This document shows positions 51,633 through 63,120 of a stretch of 64,000 bases of DNA, in pieces. Source of the stretch: Octopus sinensis. Taxonomy: Eukaryota. The translations under genes were made by a program, and so were the position numbers. The notes under the pieces are model-generated. The model was given only the letters and a program-made list of their open reading frames with translations, had not been told where the DNA came from and ran no database searches. Each line of letters opens with the position of its first letter. Positions within the stretch are counted from its first letter, which is position 1. The DNA lies in contig NC_043013.1 in NCBI RefSeq assembly GCF_006345805.1, positions 12,400,001 through 12,464,000 on the forward strand, in the 5' to 3' direction.

Positions 51633-51843
51633 TACTTGTTTCAGTCATTTGACTGCGGCCATGCTGGAGCACCGCCTTTAGAGTGGTGAAAGAGTACAGC
51701 AGGGATCACCACCTCCTGCCGGAGCCTCGTGGAGCTTTTAGGTGTTTTTCGCTCAATAAACACACACAACGCCCGGTCTGGGAATCGAAACCGCGATCCT
51801 CCGACCGCAAGTCCGCTGCCCTAACCACTAGGCCATTGCGCCT
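51633..51843 (-). mobile_element. tRNA-derived SINE family C (Arg-like head), nested in the TA tract of a family A copy
   Basis: Head AGGCGCAATGGCCTAGTGGTTAGGGCAGCGGACTTGCGGTCGGAGGATCGCGGTTTCGATTCCC; tail GGCGGTGCTCCAGCATGGCCGCAGTCAAATGACTGAAAC. Confidence 0.85.
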
Positions 51844-53085
51844 ATATATATATACGACGGGCTTCTGTGTGTATATGTTTGTGTGTCTTTGTTTGTCCCC
51901 CCCCCAATATCACTTGATAACCAATGGTGGTGTGTTTACGTCTCCGTAACTTAGCGGCTCAGATAGAATAAGGCTTCCAAAGAATAAGTCCTGAGGTCAA
52001 TTTATTCAACTAAAGGTGGTGCTCCAGCATGGCTGCAATCAAATGCCTGAAACAAGTAAAAGAGTATTTCATACAAACACAGTAAAAACACACACACACA
52101 CACACACATATATGATGGGCTTCTTTCAGTTTCCATATACCAAATCCAGTCGCAAGGCTCTGGTCAGACCGAGGCTATAGCAGAAGACTCTTTGCCCAAG
52201 GTGCCACACAGTGGGACTGAACCCAGAACCATGTAGCTGAAAAGCAGTATAGATATATGTTTGTCTATCTGTCTGTCTGTATCTATAGATAGATAGATAT
52301 AGTTATCAAAATAAGCCTTGTCATCATTTCATAGCTCCATAACTGCCCACCACCACCAACCACCATCTAAACCCCCCACCCCCACCTATCTCAGTACCAT
52401 TTTTCTCTCCCATAATGTAATTTAGTGAGGATTATTATTGTACCTTATTTTGCACTTGTTTGCCCTCATTTTCTCACCCTCCATCTCCCCCTCGCTCTCT
52501 TCCTTTCACTCTCTATTCTTTTTTTCCATGAGATAGTGGACTGTCATAGCACCAGCAGTAGCAGCAGCAGCAGCAGCAGCAGTAGTAGTTAAAGCTGTAT
52601 TTTATTTGTTGTTGTTGTTGTTTTGATGGCATATTAAGTTCCTGACTTCCTCTCATCTCAACAGTTGACTTACTGTTTTATTATTAAATTAATCTTAATT
52701 CACTGATGGAGTTTTTTTTTGGGGGGGGGGGGGTCTTTTTTTGTTCCTCTACCTCCTCCTTCTCCCCCTCTCTAAAGGCCTCTCTCTCTCTCTTGCTATA
52801 TTTTTCTATTGTAAATCCATAGTGTTTTTTTCATCTCCCTGTCTCTATAAGCACACACCTCTAAATTACTTTCTCTCACCCTCCCCATCTCTCTCTCTCT
52901 CTCTCTCTGTCTCTCTTTGTAATTTAGCTTTTCCTTGGAAAAACTTTTCCTATTTATTGTATCTCCCTCATGCTCTCTCTCTCTCTCCCTTTTTTACTGT
53001 TACTTTCTCTCTCTCTCTCTCTCTATCACTCACTTATATGAATGCACATTTCTCCTCTCTCACATTTTTCTATTGTAAATCTATA

Positions 53086-53139
<54 letters not shown>

Positions 53140-53519
53140 AACACATACATTCACACCCAAATTCTTTCCTCTCATCCTTTCCCTCTCTCTAACTCAGCTA
53201 TTCCTAAAAACTTTTCCTATGGCTGTCATCTTCCCCCCACTCCCCACTCTTGCTCTCCCTATTCCAGTACCTAACTACCAGGCACTGAACGAGTCACATC
53301 ACATGCCTCTGCTATGCACCTAGTCACATGACATCATTCTATCATAGAGCTGGTCACAGTGCACGACTTGTATTATGTCTGTTACACCATGTCACATATG
53401 CCTTGTGGTACAAGTCCACCTTGTTATACACCACATCTGTTTATTATGTTATGCTTAATTTATACAACCACACCTGACATACCTTCTACAGTCAGTCATA
53501 CAAACACTGATATGTGGCA

Positions 53520-53890
53520 TCTCACCTGTTTTCTACTAGTTGCAGCCCTTGTTTGTCACATCACACCTGTCTTATACAACCCATAAAACAACACCTCACT
53601 GTCACACTACACCTGTCTGTTACACCACACCTGTCTCTCACACCACACCTGTCTATGACAACAATTCCTGTTTGTCAAACTACATCTCTGTCACACCACA
53701 CCTGTCTCTGACTGTCACAATACATTTGTCTGTCACATTCCTGTCTGTCACAATACATTTGTCTGTCACACCACACCTATCTACCATACCACACCTGCCT
53801 GTTTAACCATACTTGTCCTATACAGCCAGTCAAACAACACCTGACTGTTACACCACACCTGTCTTCTATCATGAATCAATTAACACCTGT
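53520..53890. repeat. Degenerate ~17-bp minisatellite (TCACACCACACCTGTCT)
   Basis: Seen directly. Confidence 0.85.
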
Positions 53891-53892
53891 CT

Positions 53893-54084
53893 AATGCACT
53901 ATAATATAGACAATGGGCTATATACCTGTTGTAATTTAGTCATCCATAATCTGATATGATGTTTCGGAATAATATTCCTTCTTCAGATATTTTTAGAAGG
54001 AATATTATTCCGAAATATCATATCAGACTATGGATGACTAAACTACAACAGGTATATAGCCCATTGTCTATATTATTGTGCATT
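53893..54084. repeat. Near-perfect palindrome, 90-bp arms, 12-nt loop
   Basis: 4 differences across 90 bp. Confidence 0.95.
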
Positions 54085-54154
54085 GCTGTACCATTCAAAA
54101 CTTTTTATTCTTTACACACAATACACAATGCTTCAAGTGAACTACAATACTCTC

Positions 54155-54195
<41 letters not shown>

Positions 54196-54297
54196 CATAT
54201 ATCATAAATATGAGGGTAATAAATTACAATAATTTATTACGAGTGGTTAGCATGCATAAATAAAAGTGATAAGGCAACATATTTTTGAAAAATATAA

Positions 54298-54473
54298 GAG
54301 TGTATAAAATATTTTTATACACAAAGAGGGGACCATTGACAGGATCCTTACATGCTAAAAAGGCCAGTTAAGACCTAAACCTCATGAATTCTCTTTTTCG
54401 TGGTTTAGGTTTTAACTGGCCTTTTTAGCATGTAAGGTGTCCTATCAGTGGTGCATAAAAGTTTTATACATTC
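54298..54473. repeat. Imperfect palindrome (MITE-like), ~55-bp core arms
   Basis: CCTTACATGCTAAAAAGGCCAGTTAA / TTAACTGGCCTTTTTAGCATGTAAGG. Confidence 0.9.
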
Positions 54474-55124
54474 ATATATGTGTGTGTGTGTGTGTGTGTC
54501 GGTTTGTCCCCCATAACTGCATCACAACCAGTGTTGATGTATTTATGTCCCTGTAATCTAGCGGTTCAGCAAAAGAGACTGTTAGATATGAATAACAGGT
54601 TTAAGAATAAAAATTTTTTTCAAAGTGCTGCTCCAGCATGGGCTGTATTGAAATGACCAAAACAAGTTGCAGAAAGGCAGAAGACAGTGCCTAGTTATCC
54701 TCTCTGCCCTCCCAAGAGCCAAGTAGTGGTCATGGCTGTAATGTCTTTGATCATTGCTTCACTCGAATCCAGGTTGACCCAGGCCTAGACAACAATAATA
54801 CTAACATTGTTGAGAAGGAGGGCTTTGGGTTGTCCCGAAAAGGGTCATTTGTTGTATCCCCCTTTTTTTCTATTCCCTACTTTTGTTTTCCACTGAATAA
54901 TTAAAACAGTGGAGAGCACCTCCATCTGACCATTCTTGATAATGGTATGTGTGTGAAAGTGTATATATGTGTGTGTTTGTATGTGTGAGAGTGTTCATGC
55001 GTGTGTGTGTCTTAGTGTGTGCATATATATGAGAGTGTGTATACATTGTTTTTGTGTGTGAGTGTGTGCTTGTATGTGGGAGGGTGTGTGTATGTGTATG
55101 AGTGTGTATGTGTTATTTATTTAT

Positions 55125-55535
55125 TGCCCACAAGGAGCTAAACATTGAGGGGACAAACAAGGACAGACAAAGGGATTAAGTCTATTAGATTGACCTCAGT
55201 GCGTAACTGGTACTTAATTTATCGACCCCGAAAAGACGAAAGGCAAAGTCGACCTCGGCGGAATTTGAACTCAGAACGTAACGGCTGACGAAATACCTAT
55301 TTCTTTACTACCCACAAGGGGCTAAGCACAGAGGGGACAAACAAGGACAGACAAACGGATTAAGTCAATTACATCGACTCCAGTGCGTAACTGGTACTTA
55401 ATTTATTGACCCCGAAAGGATGAAAGGCAAAGTCGACCTCAGCGGAATTTGAACTCAGAACGTAACGGCAGACGAAATACCGCTAAGCATTTCGCCTGGC
55501 GTGCTAACATCTCTACCAGCTCGCCGCCTTCAATG
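55125..55535 (-). mobile_element. SINE family B dimer, well preserved
   Basis: Two B bodies with one head; junction shared with other dimers. Confidence 0.9.
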
Positions 55536-56101
55536 AGTGTGTATGTTTGTGTGTGAGTGTGTGCTTGTATGGGTGAGCGTGTATGTGTAGTTCTGTATAC
55601 GTTTGCCAATGTATGTGTTGTGTGTATATATATATATGTGTGTGTGTATATGTGAAGGCCGAGAGAGCGAGGGGGTGGTTGTTTCTCAGTGTCTGAGAAG
55701 CAGATAGTTGCAGTATGTGTGTGTGTGTGTGCATGCATGTTTGCATGCATGCATGCATGTCTGTCTGTTTGTCTGTCTCCGGTGCAGTGCAGGGTTGCAC
55801 ACTTAGATTAATCACAGAAAAGAGGTGAAATCATTTTAAAACACTGATTAAAGAATAATAATAATAATAATAATAAATGCAATGTGTGTTAAGATGGGTG
55901 AATAGGGGGTGGTAGGGTAGGTTTGGGTTTTGTGTGTGTGTGTGTATGTGTGTGTGTGTGTAGTTGTGTGTTCTGTAGATATGTGTGTAGGTGTATTGTT
56001 GTGTGTATGCAGATGTGTGTGAAGACGTGTGCACATGCAGATGTGTAGTGTGTGCATGCGTAGTTATATGTGTGTGTAGATATGTGGCTTGAGTGCATGT
56101 G

Positions 56102-56142
<41 letters not shown>

Positions 56143-57930
56143 ATGTGTGTGTGTGTGTGTGTGTATGTGTGTGTTTTTGATCAAATTTTCAAAGTTGGCG
56201 ATTATTGAATACTGTTTAGCTATATATTTTATTGAAATGCATGGACTGCAGTAATTGTGGTTGTTGTTGTTGATGTTGTTGGTGGCAGTGGTGGTGGTGG
56301 TGGTGGTGGTGTGGTGGTGGTGGTGGTGGTGGTGTGTGGTGGTGGTGGTGATTCAAGTGCTGTTTTTTTTTTAATGTTTGTTAATGGTTGTTTTGTTGTT
56401 TAGGTTGTTGTTGTTTGTGGTGATAGAGGTGTTGGTCCTTGTGCAGTGACTGTTAGTATCTACCACGTACCTCGTTCGTTGTTCTGGTGGTGGTAGTAGT
56501 AGTTGTAGTAGTAGTAGTAGTAGTAGTAGCGGTGGTGGTGGGGTGTGAAGGTCGTGGTCATAGTGGTGGTATTTATTTACCTTGTTTGTTTGTGACTTGT
56601 TGTTGGTGGTGGTGGTAGTGGTGGTGGTGGTTGTGCTGTTAATGAGTTCATTATTGTGGATGTTAAATGCTGTTAATGTGGTTGCAATGGTGGTGGTGGT
56701 GGTGGTGGCGGCAGTGGTGGTAGTGGTGGTAGTGGTGGTGGTGGTTGCGTCAGTGATGGCTAATGATGTTCTTGTTGTTTATTGTTTTTTTTATCTTTTG
56801 TGTACTTTTTTTTTTGTTTGTTTATTTCAAATTAAAATAATTTTAGTGATAGAATTTCAATATAGTAATTGTACTGCGAACAACAATAATGATGTTTGTG
56901 GTAATAACTCGTGGTGGTGGTGGTGGTGGTGGTGGTGGTGGTGGTAGTGGTGGCAGTGGTAGCACTGCTACTGCTGCTGCTGGTAATAGTTTATGGTAAA
57001 AATGTGGTAGGTAATAGCAGATTTGGTTGCTTTTTCTAGCAAGTTCAGTGACCACATAGAGGCTAACTCATTGACTATTCTTTTCTACTCTTAGGCACAA
57101 TGCCCGAAATTTTGGGGCAGCTGTCCAGTCGATTATATCAACCCCAGTGCGCAACTGATACTTAATTTATCGACCCTGAAAGGATGAAAGGCCAAATCGA
57201 CCTCGGCAGAATTTGAACTCAGAACGTAGCGACAGATAAAATACCGCTAAGCATTTCACCTAGTGTGCTAACGTTTCTGCCAGTTTGCCATCTTTCACTC
57301 ATTGACTGTTACCGTTGTTAGTGGTTGTGGTGATGGTATGGGTAGTGGTATTGTTGGTAACAGTGTGTTATGAGATGTGGTGGTGGTGACTAGACTTTAT
57401 CTGTTATCTATTTCAGTCATTAAACTGCGACCATTCTGGGGCACTGCCGTTTTTTTTCCTTAAGCTTGATACTTGTTCCATCAGCCTCTTTTTGCTGGAC
57501 CACTAAGTTACAGGGATGTAAACAAACCAACACCAGTTGTTAACCTGTGGTGGGGGACAAACCGACACACATATATACAGTGGGCTTCTTTCAGTTTTAA
57601 TCTACCAAATCCACTCACAAGGCCATGACTAGTCCAAGGCTACTTGCTCAAGGCGACACACAGTGGGATTGAACCCAGAATCATGTGGTTGGGAAGCAAA
57701 CTTCTCACCATACAGCCACATATATGTATATGTTTATATGTTTGCCCCCCCCCCGCCATGGCTTGACAACCGATGTTGGTGTGTTTATGTCCCCTTAACT
57801 TAGCAGTTCGACAGAAGAGACCAATATAGTAAGTACTTGGCTTACAAAGAATAACTCCTGAGGTTGATTTGTTCAGCTAAAGGTGGTGCTCCAGCATGGC
57901 CACAGTCAAATGACTGAAACAAATAAAAGA

Positions 57931-57964
<34 letters not shown>

Positions 57965-57965
57965 T

Positions 57966-58217
57966 TCTCTCCTTGTTTTATTCTGTGTCCTTTTCTGTAG
58001 AAGAGCATAGGCTCAAAACGTAAAAGACTTTTTCTATTCCTGAATGTTATACTAATACATCTGTTTGTTGTCTACACCACCTGTCTTTGTCTTTTTTCTT
58101 TTCGTAAACTCTCCCTATATATATATGTATATATATATATGATTTGCTAGAAATAGTTATGAAATGTCTTGCAAATCATGCTCTTACTGTCTTGAAAAAG
58201 CAGGACACATTGGATGG
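57966..58217 (+). mobile_element. Hammerhead-module element (core mutated CTGTAGA/AAAA) + (TA)n + 75-bp extension
   Basis: Inverted homolog of 26341-26603. Confidence 0.75.
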
Positions 58218-58605
58218 ATTATTACACAATTTGACACCAGTACACAACTGGTACTTAATTTATCGACCCCCCCTAAAAGGATGGAAGGCAAAGTCGACCT
58301 TGGCGGAATTCCAAGTTGCATGTTTCCGGTCATCAGCTGGTAAACCAGGCCTCGTTTTCTTTTGAGTATTCAGAAAAATCATTTCAAATTTACAACATCT
58401 GTTTCAATAGCATTTTATTCAATACAGTCGTAAAAGATTGCATCATGATATACAATCCACCATCATCAGATAAAACTTTAAACAGGTAAGATTTTAAACA
58501 TTGACCTGGACATAGCCAATGTTTGCTGGGATAGTGATGTACTAAGTTTTACATTTGAATTAGAAGGTGTGGTTTCAAGCCACAGCTTCTTAAAAGAAAA
58601 TAAAC

Positions 58606-58851
58606 GGGCATATGGCATAGTGGTTAAGTGCACGGGCTGCTAGCCCCAAGATTCCAAGTTCAATTCCAGGCAGTGACCTGAATAATAATAATAATAATGA
58701 TAATAATAATGATGATAATAACATTGAAAAATACTTTAGGAATGAGAACCCAGGTTCAAAATTTTCCCCAAGACACCTGATGAAGGCTGGAGGGTATATC
58801 AGCTGAAACGTTGTGTTAACAACAAACAAAATGAGGACAAATATCCGTCAA
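58606..58851 (+). mobile_element. tRNA-headed short element carrying a 3' hammerhead motif
   Basis: A box TGGCATAGTGG (58613), anticodon-like arm GGG-CTGCTAG-CCC, B-box-like AAGTTCAATTCC (58656), (AAT)n linker, then hammerhead. Confidence 0.7.
58772..58817 (+). ncRNA. Minimal type I hammerhead ribozyme motif
   Basis: GACAC-CUGAUGA-A-GGCUG-gagggUAUAU-CAGCU-GAAA-CG-UU-GUGUU; stems I and II pair and the core is intact. Confidence 0.7.
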
Positions 58852-59087
58852 AGGTAGGGTTGATTTGTTTGACTAAAACCCTTCAAAGTGATGCTAGAGC
58901 CTGGCCGCTATACGATATCTGAATCAAGTAAAAGAAGATAAAAAGAAGACATGTAGATAGATAGAAAGAGAGATAGATTGACAGGCACAACATGAAGCCA
59001 GGAATTGAACTCACGACTTTAGGATTGTGAACTGAACACCCTAACCACTATGCCACACGCCTTCTCTAGATTAACACACATACGCAA

Positions 59088-59425
59088 AGAGTGGCTGTGT
59101 GGTAAGTAGCTTGCTTACCAACCACATGGCTCAGGGTTCAGTCCCACTGTGTGGCACCTTAGGTAAGTGTCTTCTACTATAGCCCTTGTGAGTAGATTTT
59201 GTAGAGAGAAACTGAAAGAAGCCCATCATATATTATATATATATATAGTGAGAGTTTACGAAAAAAACAAAAGACGAAGACAGGTGGTGTACAAAACAAA
59301 CAGATGTATTAGTATAACGCTCAGGAATAGAAAAAGTCTTTTACGTTTCGAGCCTACGCTCTTCTTCAGAAAGGGACACAGAAAAAAGCAAGGAGAGAAA
59401 ACAAATGTGTGTAGTGGCTAACGAT

Positions 59426-59465
<40 letters not shown>

Positions 59466-59670
59466 TATGTCTGTGTGTGTTTATTTCCCTACAATCACTT
59501 GACAACCGATGCTGGTGTGTTTACGTCCCCATAACATTAGCAGTTTCAGCAAAAGAGACTGATAGAATAAGTACTAGGCTTACAAAGAGTAAGTCCTGGG
59601 GGTCGATTTGTTCGACCAAAAGGCAGTGCTCCAGCATGGCCGCAGTCAAATGCCTGAAACAGATGAAAGA
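59088..59670 (+). mobile_element. SINE family A split by an inverted hammerhead-module insertion (59248-59397) in its TA tract
   Basis: Family A 5' half ends at ~59228 and the 3' half resumes at ~59470. Confidence 0.85.
59338..59373 (-). ncRNA. Minimal type I hammerhead ribozyme motif, intact
   Basis: CUUU-CUGAAGA-A-GAGC-GUAG-GCUC-GAAA-CG-UA-AAAG; perfect stems I and II, GUA cleavage triplet. Confidence 0.75.
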
Positions 59671-60509
59671 ATAAAGGAATATCATCCACACACACATACA
59701 CACACTGTGTTGTTTGGCTGGCTCCCCTCATTTGCTGACTGTGTCTCAAACAGCAGCCATGGAGGAGGGGGGGCAGTGTTTAGAGATTTTAAAGACAGAT
59801 TAGGGGCAAGTGGAGAATAGCAGGTGAGGGAATTTGGAACTTGGAAGTCCTTTCTGATTTCTTCTTCCTTCAGAGTTATAAAATTCCTTTAGTCTACTGG
59901 TTGTGATGTGTGTGTGTGTGTGGTGTGTGTGTGTGTTTGCATTGCCTCTTTGTGTACCATTAGCTTCCTGTGAGCATATAGTGATGCTGGTGGTGGTGGT
60001 GGTGAGTGGGGCTCTGAGAGAGAGAGAGAGAGAGAGAGCAGAGTTGTGGAAGGAGGAGGTATGTAAAAGATGAAAGAGGAGAGAAGACTTAGGTATGAGG
60101 TGGAGGAGGAGGAGAAGAGGAAAGCAGTTTAATCATCACCTGCTAACCTGATGGGCAGAGGTAGGGGAAATGTTGACTGATAACCTGAGGAGGTGGTGGC
60201 AGAGGTGGGCAGATTTGGCTTTTGGTAAAGTTTTCTGCTTTTTTTTTTCTCCCCTGAGGGTATCTTTGGTGGCTCTGGCTGACGGTAGTTGTGGTGGTGG
60301 CGGCAGCGGTGCTGCTGCTGGTGTTGGGTACAAAGTGTTTCCACCCTAAATTCCTCTGGCTTCTGAATAGTTGCTGTACTGTTCCCAACAGTAAACGGTA
60401 AAAACAAGGCTGGATGAATTTCATTTGCTGTCACTGTTGTTTTTGATATTTTCCTTGATACAGCCCCAGCATCCAAGAGACCTACTTTACCCTCCCCCAA
60501 TTCTTATTG

Positions 60510-61150
60510 GGACAAAATGCTTACTGGCATTTCTTTTAATCACATTTTTATGTTCTGAGAGCAAATTTTGCGGAGGCCAGCTTTACCAGGGCTGATGAAA
60601 TAAAGTACTGGTTAGGTATTGGACATGATATAATCGATTCATCCCACCCCTTAAAATTGCTGGCTTTGTGCACAAATTAGAAAGAATTTATCATCATCGT
60701 CATTATTAAGGCGGCGAATTGGCAGAATCATTAGCACGCCAGCAAAAAATGCTAAACAGTGTTTCGTCTGCTGCTACATTCTGAGTTCAAATTCCACGGA
60801 GGTCAACTTTGCCTTTCATCCTTACAGGGTCGGTAAATAGAGTACCAGTTATATACTGGGAGTTGATGCAATCAACTGTCCCCGCCTCCTCCAAAATTGC
60901 TGCTATTGTGACAAAATTTGAAACCATTATTATCATTCTCATATATGGCAGCTTAGCTGGCAGAATGGTTAACACCCCAGGTGAAATGCTTACTGGTATT
61001 TTGTCTGCCACTACATTCTAAGTTCAAATTTCCCAGAGGTCAGCTTTGCTTTTCATCCTTTCAGGGTCAATAAATTTAGTACCAGCTGCATACTGAGGTC
61101 AATCTAATCAACTAGCACTCTCCCCCACGATTTCAGGTCTTGTGCTTGTA
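60510..61150 (+). mobile_element. Three SINE family B copies in tandem
   Basis: Family B motifs at ~60510, 60705 and 60945. Confidence 0.75.
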
Positions 61151-61156
61151 ATAGAA

Positions 61157-61193
<37 letters not shown>

Positions 61194-61195
<2 letters not shown>

Positions 61196-61432
61196 TTTTT
61201 TTTTTTTTTTTTTTTTTTTTTGTTTTTCCAGTTTCAGCTCTTGAGCTGTGGCCATGCTGGGGCACCGCCATTGTGGTGAAAGAGTACAGCAGGGATCACC
61301 ACCCCCTGCCAGAGCCTCGTAGAGCTTTTAGGTGTTTTCGCTCAATAAACACACACAACGCCCAGTCTGAGAATCGAAACCTCGATCCTGCGACCGCGAG
61401 TCCGCTGCCCTAACCACTAGGCCATTGCGCCT
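61194..61432 (-). mobile_element. SINE family C copy with a 28-nt poly(A) tail
   Basis: Close to 51633-51843; T-run at 61194-61221; embedded in (TTA)n. Confidence 0.85.
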
Positions 61433-62157
61433 CTTATTATTATTATTATTATTATTATTTCGAACCAAACCTAATTCAAATTCTCCATTAATTTCAAATG
61501 TAAGACATACTACATCACAATCCCAGCAAACATTATCCCTGCCCAGGTCGATGTTTAAAAATCTTACCTGTTTAAAATTTCACCTGATGATGGTGGACTC
61601 TATATCACGATGTAATCTTTTATGACTGCATTGAATAAAATGCTACCAAAACAATAGTTGTCCTAAATTTTAAACTCCATGGCTCTGGGTTCAGTCCCAC
61701 TGTGTGACTCCTTGGGCAAGTGTCTTCTACTGTAGCCTCGGGCTGACCAAAGCCTTGTGAGTGGATTTGGTAGACAGACACTGAAAGAAGCCCCTCATAT
61801 ATATGTATATTTTATGTATGTCTTTGTGTCTGTGTTTGGTCCCTCCACCATTGCCTGACAACCGATGTTGGTGTGTTTACATCTCCCATAACTTAGTTGT
61901 TCAGTGTAAGAGACCGATATAATGTAAGTACTAGGCTTACAAAGAATAAGTCTTGGGGTTCCATAGCTTCCACTAAGAACCCTCTAAGGTGGTGCTTTAG
62001 CATAGTTGCACTCAAAATGACTGAAACAAGTAAAAGAATATCAAAATAATGACATACACACATGCTAGCGTGGGAAAATGGAACGGAAATGCATCATCCT
62101 TGGACAGCGTTGAGATCTGTCCCCGCCCACCCAACCCCATCTCCCTATGTTAAAAGT

Positions 62158-62660
62158 GAGATTTACCTGCTATTTTTTGCAGATTGATTTACCATGCAGC
62201 TAATTTGTAGTGTGTGTTTTAAGGGATGTTTGGCTGCTATTTCTAGCAGCTCTGGGACTACATTAATCCAGTGTCCTTCCTTTTCTTCATTTGTAGTATG
62301 TGATTTAAATGAGATTTACCTGCTATTTCTAGCAGATTGAGTTACCATGTAGTCAATTTGTAGTGTTTTAAGAGATATCTGACTGGTATTTCTAGCAGCT
62401 CCAGGACAACATTAATTCAATATGTCCTTTTTCTTAATTTGTAGTCTGTGATGTGAGATTTGGCTGCTGTTTCTAGCAGATTGAGTTACCATGTAGTCAG
62501 TTAGTAGTATTTTAAGGGGTATTTGACTGCTATTTCTAGCAGCTCCAGGACTACATTAATCAAATATGTCCATCTTTTTCTTAATTTGTACCATGTAATT
62601 TAAATGAGATTTGGCTGCTATTTCTAACAGATCTGAGACTACATTAATCCAGTGTGCCCT
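62158..62660. repeat. ~150-bp tandem repeat, about 3.3 units
   Basis: GAGATTT(ACC/GGC)TGCT starts at ~62158, 62310, 62455 and 62606. Confidence 0.85.
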
Positions 62661-62711
62661 TCTTTCTTAACCTGAAATATGTGGGTGATTTAACCCTTTT
62701 GTTATATTCCA

Positions 62712-63120
62712 TAGGCGTGGCTGTGTGGTAAGAAGCTTGCTTCCAAACCACATGGTTCTGGGATCTGTCTCATCGCATGGCACCTTGGGAAAGTGTTTTC
62801 TAATATAGCCTTAGGCCAACCAGAGCCTTGTGAGTGGATTTGGTTGACGGAAGCTGGAAGAAGCATGTCGTGTGTGTGTGTGTGTGTGTGTGTATTTGTG
62901 TTCCTGTCTGTGTTTGCCTCCACCATCATCACTCGACAACCAATAGTGGCGTGTTCATGTCTCCGTAACTTAGCAGTTCAGCGTTAGAGACTGATTGAAC
63001 GAGTGCTGGGCTAACAAAGAATAAGTCCTGAGATTGATCTCTTCAACTGAAAAAAAACCCAAAAAACTTTTGAAGACGGTGCTCCAGCATGGCCGATGAC
63101 TGAAACCAGTAAAAGAATAT
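62712..63120 (+). mobile_element. SINE family A, diverged (another at 61681-62040)
   Basis: Head, body and tail motifs. Confidence 0.8.

Noticed and set aside
51770-51843. tRNA gene calls for SINE heads (also 58606-58678, 46273-46340)
   Set aside because: A and B boxes are present but no proper acceptor stem, and they continue into SINE bodies
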